61,815 nucleotides of DNA from assembly GCA_013816135.1 (NCBI GenBank), contig JACDEV010000003.1, forward strand, positions 1 through 61,815, given 5' to 3'. Position 1 is the stretch's first letter, and each line of letters starts with the position of its first letter. The translations under genes were made by a program, and so were the position numbers. A model generated the notes under the pieces. It was not told the DNA's origin. It did no database searches and worked only from the letters and a program-made list of their open reading frames with translations. Source of the DNA: Patescibacteria group bacterium (GTDB lineage: Bacteria; Patescibacteriota; Minisyncoccia; Phycocordibacterales; DATDWN01). Below, one piece after another: positions 57,657 to 61,815 of the stretch.

Positions 57657-58592
57657 ATGAAGATTGTAAAGAATTTATTCTTACTTGCGATTTTAGCTCT
57701 TGTTATTTTTTTCTTTAGAGTTCCGCTTCAGAATATTTATGCACAGATGACTTCGCGTTTTTTTGCCTGTCAGCAACCTATCACTTATAGCTTGGACAGG
57801 TTTGATACTAAGTTTGGTATTTCAAAGGATTACTTTTTGAAAACTATGTCTGACGCAGAAGGTGTATGGGAGATACCAATTAATAAAAAGCTTTTTACTT
57901 ATGATCCAACAGGTAATGGAACTCTCAAAATCAGTTTGATTTATGATATCCGCCAAGAATCTACATTAAAGCTGAGAGAGATGGGACTGGTAGTTCAAAA
58001 TACGAGAGCTTCATATGATGCTTTAAAGGCAAAATACGACTTGATGAATAAGAATTACCAATATGAAAAGAGTGTATTTGAAGCCAGAGTCTCAGCTTTT
58101 GAAAAACGTAAAGCAATTTATGAAGCTAAAGTAGCGTCTGAGAATAGAAAAGGAGGATCGGATGAGGCGACATACAATGCTTTAGAAGCTGAAAGACAAT
58201 ATTTAAATAATGAAATTGTCGCAATAAAAGCTATGCAGGATAATTTAAATATTACAGTAGATAATATAAATGTTCTTGCAATGGCACTAAATAAACTAGT
58301 AGCGTCACTCAATATCAATGTTAACCAATTCAATACTGTAGGTAGTACGCTTCCCGGCGAATTCGAAGAAGGTACTTATGAAAGTGGACCACAAGGGCAG
58401 AAGATAAATATTTATCAATTCGACAGTAGGGCAAAGTTAGTTCGTGTTCTAGCTCATGAGCTCGGTCATGCACTAGGCCTCGATCACGTTGATGATCCAA
58501 AGGCTATTATGTATAGATTAAATAATGGGATAAATGAAAAGCTGACGGCTACAGATCTCAAGGCTCTAAAGGCAAAATGTTCTATTAAATAA
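57657..58592 (+). CDS. matrixin-type (M10) zinc metalloprotease with a coiled-coil insert
   Basis: HELGHALGLDH followed by a Met-turn (AIMY). Confidence 0.7.
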   Translation: MKIVKNLFLLAILALVIFFFRVPLQNIYAQMTSRFFACQQPITYSLDRFDTKFGISKDYFLKTMSDAEGVWEIPINKKLFTYDPTGNGTLKISLIYDIRQESTLKLREMGLVVQNTRASYDALKAKYDLMNKNYQYEKSVFEARVSAFEKRKAIYEAKVASENRKGGSDEATYNALEAERQYLNNEIVAIKAMQDNLNITVDNINVLAMALNKLVASLNINVNQFNTVGSTLPGEFEEGTYESGPQGQKINIYQFDSRAKLVRVLAHELGHALGLDHVDDPKAIMYRLNNGINEKLTATDLKALKAKCSIK

Positions 58593-59677
58593 TGAAGCTC
58601 ACTAAGCTAAAAAAATGGTATGGCAAATATGAAAGGCCACTATCTTCACTCTCCCTTATTTTTGGATTTATTTTTGATGCAGTAACACTAGAGAGGATAG
58701 ATAAAGTTTGGGATAACTTCTGGGTCTTAGCACATATTTTATTGGTTGCGATATTAATGGTTTTGGTGCATTCAGTTAAAAGTAAGCCGGGGGACGAAAC
58801 TAATCCTCAAAAGCTTCAATTCTGGCTGGTTAATATTTTACAATTCGTATTCGGTGGACTCTTGTCAGTTTTCTTAGTTTTCTATTTTCGTAGCGCAGAC
58901 CTTTCTTCCAGTTGGCCTTTCTTGCTTATTTTGGCAATTGCATTTTGGGCCAACGAATCCTTGAAGCGACATTTTGTACGACTGACTTTTCAAGTCTCAA
59001 TTTTCTTTCTTTCTCTTTTTTGCTGTGCAATATTTTTGGTTCCGGTTCTGATGCATGAGTTTGGTACTCGTACATTTATTATTTCCGGACTTCTTAGTCT
59101 AGGGTCATTGTTTCTTTTTCTATATATAGTTTCAAAGGTAAGTAATGAGAAATTTAAAACTAGCAGGAGTATGATTTTTTTATCTGTGCTGGGAATCTAT
59201 GTAGGAATGAATGTTTTATATTTTACAAATCTTATTCCACCTATTCCACTTTCAATAAAAGATTCTGGAGTTTATCATTTCATCGAAAAAAATTCGATAG
59301 GTCAGTATGTTGGACAGTTCGAATATAAAAGCTGGGAAGATTATTTCAAGATTTATCATGAATACCATTTTGTGCAAGGAGAGACAGCATATGCTTATAG
59401 CGCTGTTTTTTCTCCTACCTCATTAAACACAACTATAGTTCATAAATGGCAGTATTATGACAAGGTTTCGAAACACTGGATACAATATGACAGCGTCTTG
59501 CTTCCAGTGTTTGGTGGAAGAAATGGAGGATTCCGTACGTTTTCTACTGAAAGGAATCTAACACCAGGAAAATGGAGGGTGAACGTAGAGACACTCCGAG
59601 GACAGGGAATTGGGCGAATAAGATTCAATGTCATTACTTCTCCTGCAGATAATTTGAAGACAAAAATTTTGGAGTAA
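58592..59677 (+). CDS. polytopic membrane protein with a C-terminal beta-rich domain (DUF2914-like)
   Basis: About 7 TM helices, then a soluble domain ending GKWRVNVETLRGQGIGRIRFNV. Family name recalled, not verified. Confidence 0.55.
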   Translation: MKLTKLKKWYGKYERPLSSLSLIFGFIFDAVTLERIDKVWDNFWVLAHILLVAILMVLVHSVKSKPGDETNPQKLQFWLVNILQFVFGGLLSVFLVFYFRSADLSSSWPFLLILAIAFWANESLKRHFVRLTFQVSIFFLSLFCCAIFLVPVLMHEFGTRTFIISGLLSLGSLFLFLYIVSKVSNEKFKTSRSMIFLSVLGIYVGMNVLYFTNLIPPIPLSIKDSGVYHFIEKNSIGQYVGQFEYKSWEDYFKIYHEYHFVQGETAYAYSAVFSPTSLNTTIVHKWQYYDKVSKHWIQYDSVLLPVFGGRNGGFRTFSTERNLTPGKWRVNVETLRGQGIGRIRFNVITSPADNLKTKILE

Positions 59678-59680
59678 TTG

Positions 59681-59751
59681 TGCGGGTAAGGGTAATCGAA
59701 ACCCTGCCTTATCCTTGGGAAGGACACGTTCTACCACTGAACCATACCCGC
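59681..59751 (-). tRNA. tRNA-Gly (CCC)
   Basis: The reverse complement folds: acceptor GCGGGTA/TACCCGC, anticodon loop TTCCCAA, T arm AGGGT-TTCGATT-ACCCT. Confidence 0.9.
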
Positions 59752-59812
59752 AATTTAGAAATAATATCACAATATTTTTGTGATATATTGTATTTCTGAC
59801 GGGCACCAAAGC

Positions 59813-59902
59813 GGAGGGTTGGCAGAGTGGTCTAATGCGCCGCACTCGAAACGCGGTTGGGGGTTTACCTCCTCACAGGTTCAAATCCTGTACCCTCCGC
59901 CA
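59813..59902 (+). tRNA. tRNA-Ser (CGA), CCA encoded
   Basis: Acceptor GGAGGGT/ACCCTCC, anticodon loop CTCGAAA, long variable arm, T arm ACAGG-TTCAAAT-CCTGT. Confidence 0.9.
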
Positions 59903-60020
59903 AAATTGAAAATCAGAATTGGAAGCCGAAACGGGGTCGCGCCGAAGGCGCGACACAAACGCATTCCCCCCAAAAAATCCTGAATCTGAAAGGGTTCGCC
60001 ACGCAGAGCGTGGCTCCTCG
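59873..60020 (-). pseudogene. remnant of a serine-recombinase C-terminal tail, antisense to and overlapping tRNA-Ser(CGA)
   Basis: The minus-strand frame reads EPRSAWRTLSDSGFFGGN AFVSRLRRDPVSASNSDFQFWRRVQDLNL*. This parallels the C-terminus of the intact recombinase (EPRSAWRTLSDSGFFGGN SEQTALRADHIFASEPDFVFWRYVLD...). Confidence 0.55.
59963..60016. repeat. left arm of the 54-bp perfect inverted repeat bracketing the recombinase gene
   Basis: ATTCCCCCCAAAAAATCCTGAATCTGAAAGGGTTCGCCACGCAGAGCGTGGCTC is the exact reverse complement of 61430-61483. Confidence 0.95.
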
Positions 60021-60037
60021 TTAGCCAATGCAACAAT

Positions 60038-61606
60038 ATGAATAATCACACCAGAAAATTTTTCATCTATACTCGCAAATCTACCGATACAGAAGATCGG
60101 CAAGTTAGAAGCATTTCGGATCAACTGGCCGAGTTAAAAGAGTTAGTGGTTAAAGAACAAATTGAGGTTGTTGATATTTTCGTGGAAAAGCAAACTGCTA
60201 AAGCTCCGGGTCGGCCAGTATTCAATGAAATGCTTCTCCGTATCGAAGCAAATGAGGCGAGTGGGATTTTAGCGTGGCATCCTGACCGCCTAGCTCGTAA
60301 TTCTGTTGATGGTGGAAAGATAATATATTTGCTTGATACGGGAAAAATTGCCGAGCTAAAATTCCCAACTTTCTGGTGTGATACTACGCCACAAGGTAAG
60401 TTCATGCTTTCCATTGCTTTCTCTCAATCCAAATACTATATCGATAACTTATCGGAGAATATCAAGCGTGGACACAGAAACAAAGTGAAAGACGGTATAT
60501 GGCCTCAAATGTCGCCTCTGGGCTATGTAAATGTCAAAGGTGCTGGAATAGTACCCGATGAAAATATCGCTCCGTTAATCAAGAAAACATTTGAGGCCTA
60601 CGCAACTGGAAATTTCACTTTGCGACAACTGCACGATAAGTTTAACGCTCTTGGATTGAGTAGAAAGAATGGAAAGGTGCTTTCCGTTTCAAACTATCAA
60701 CAAATTTTGAAAAATCCGATATTCACGGGGTTAATGAGATATAGTGGTGAAATATACGAAGGAAAGCACAAACCGATTATCACAAAGAAACTTTTTGATT
60801 CTGTTCAAGAGGTGATGAGTCGAAAATCTAAACCGCATAGCAAAGGACTGAAACCATTTTTGTATAGAGGATTTTTCCGTTGTGGAGAATGTGGATGTTT
60901 TATCACTACCGAAACACAGAAAGGTCATAACTATTTGCGATGTACTAAACGGAAAAATCCTTGTTTGCAAAAATATGTCCGTGAAGAAATCATCACTTCT
61001 CAAATTGCAGAAAGTATCAAAAAAGTTTCTTTGCCACTCGATTGGACAAATTGGATGATTGCCGAAAATGAAAAAGATCGGCAATCAGAAACCCAATCGA
61101 GTGAGATTTTTTCTCAAAAAACAAAAGATGAAATTTCTCTTTTAGATTCAAAAGTTGAAAAGTTGATGAACTTATATTTAGAAAATGTTTTGTCTTTGGA
61201 AGAATATCGTGATTCTAAAAATAAGTTAGTGAATCAAAAACAACTTTTAAAAGAGAAATTATCGGCTTTTGAGAAAAAATCTCATAATCGGTTCGAACTT
61301 ACCGATAAATTCCTAAAAGCCAATGTATCCAATATGGAATTGGCTAACGAGAAAACAAATGAAGAAATTCTTCATTTGTTTAAAAAAGTCGGTTCGAACT
61401 TTCAAATCTTGAATCGAACCGTCTTTTTTGAGCCACGCTCTGCGTGGCGAACCCTTTCAGATTCAGGATTTTTTGGGGGGAATTCAGAACAGACGGCACT
61501 TCGTGCCGACCATATTTTTGCTTCCGAACCCGATTTCGTTTTTTGGCGGTATGTTCTGGACAAAGTTCGAACCTTTTTTGAAATGAATCCTGACGAAGAA
61601 ATCTGA
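60038..61606 (+). CDS. large serine recombinase (integrase/invertase type)
   Basis: Resolvase catalytic domain (IYTRKSTDTEDRQ, HPDRLARN), recombinase domain, zinc ribbon (CGECGC...LRCTKRKNPC), coiled coil. Adjacent to a tRNA gene. Confidence 0.9.
   Translation: MNNHTRKFFIYTRKSTDTEDRQVRSISDQLAELKELVVKEQIEVVDIFVEKQTAKAPGRPVFNEMLLRIEANEASGILAWHPDRLARNSVDGGKIIYLLDTGKIAELKFPTFWCDTTPQGKFMLSIAFSQSKYYIDNLSENIKRGHRNKVKDGIWPQMSPLGYVNVKGAGIVPDENIAPLIKKTFEAYATGNFTLRQLHDKFNALGLSRKNGKVLSVSNYQQILKNPIFTGLMRYSGEIYEGKHKPIITKKLFDSVQEVMSRKSKPHSKGLKPFLYRGFFRCGECGCFITTETQKGHNYLRCTKRKNPCLQKYVREEIITSQIAESIKKVSLPLDWTNWMIAENEKDRQSETQSSEIFSQKTKDEISLLDSKVEKLMNLYLENVLSLEEYRDSKNKLVNQKQLLKEKLSAFEKKSHNRFELTDKFLKANVSNMELANEKTNEEILHLFKKVGSNFQILNRTVFFEPRSAWRTLSDSGFFGGNSEQTALRADHIFASEPDFVFWRYVLDKVRTFFEMNPDEEI
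61430..61483. repeat. right arm of the 54-bp perfect inverted repeat (inside the recombinase 3' coding region)
   Basis: GAGCCACGCTCTGCGTGGCGAACCCTTTCAGATTCAGGATTTTTTGGGGGGAAT. Confidence 0.95.
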
Positions 61607-61674
61607 AACAATGCGGACGAAGTTTTGCGGAAACAATTTTCTGGGGAAAGGATTCGCAAAACTTCGGCTGATTT

Positions 61675-61718
61675 CCCGCCCGCAGGAGGGGTCTGGGGAG
61701 GAATGCGGGCGGGTTTTT
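61675..61718 (+). terminator. GC-rich hairpin + T-run downstream of the recombinase
   Basis: CCCGCCCGCA (61675-84) / TGCGGGCGGG (61704-13) followed by TTTTT. Confidence 0.6.
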
Positions 61719-61815
61719 GAACCTTTCCTTTTTCGTTTCCGAATTTCGTGCCAGTTGAAAACTGGCGCACCACCTAGTTTATAAATTTACCTTATTTTGA
61801 ATAATACTTATCAAA

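Noticed and set aside
59558-59983. ORFs of 95 aa (-) and 67 aa (+)
   Set aside because: They are read through the tRNA-Gly and tRNA-Ser genes and their spacer, and are not coding.
61402-61773. 123-aa minus-strand ORF
   Set aside because: It is antisense to the recombinase tail and the GC-rich hairpin cluster. It has no start context and a low-complexity translation.

Overview
An AT-rich bacterial chromosome segment. The gene content looks like a small-genome, Patescibacteria/CPR-like organism, but that assignment is inference only. Standard code: TGA is used as a stop and an RF2 gene is present. Almost everything from about 4 kb to 44 kb is on the + strand.

Main supportable content:
- Seven tRNA genes: Met-CAU, Asp-GUC, Thr-GGU, Gln-CUG, Ser-GGA, Gly-CCC, Ser-CGA.
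- A compact NAD salvage cluster: pnuC, nadR, nrtR, nadM-Nudix, nadV.
- Housekeeping genes: prfB, ftsEX, pyrG, rnj, secG, groES/EL, tsaC.
- Cell-envelope genes: a sortase with an ice-binding-like substrate, M15/M14 peptidases, and a GH18-CE4-GT2 fusion.
- A mannoside cluster: PMM-like HAD, cupin, and three GH130 domains.
- A run of small DUF/detoxification-type genes (25.8-36 kb).
- Small HNH and GIY-YIG nucleases.
- A large serine recombinase next to tRNA-Ser at the right end.

No rRNA gene or CRISPR array was seen.

The most unusual signals are non-coding:
1. A family of GC-rich, apparently structured elements with invariant motifs (GACGGAGCG ... CGCGAGTCGG) separated by compensatory hairpins. 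They are attached to tRNA genes and to partial or inverted copies of those tRNAs (four copies).
2. Two near-identical 63-nt cores, possibly related to that family, each sitting in the loop of a different flanking hairpin.
3. A serine recombinase gene bracketed by 54-bp perfect inverted repeats. Its alternative C-terminal tails each overlap, antisense, a tRNA-Ser 3' end or a degenerate copy of one.

I could not assign any of these to a known RNA or mobile-element family from the sequence alone.
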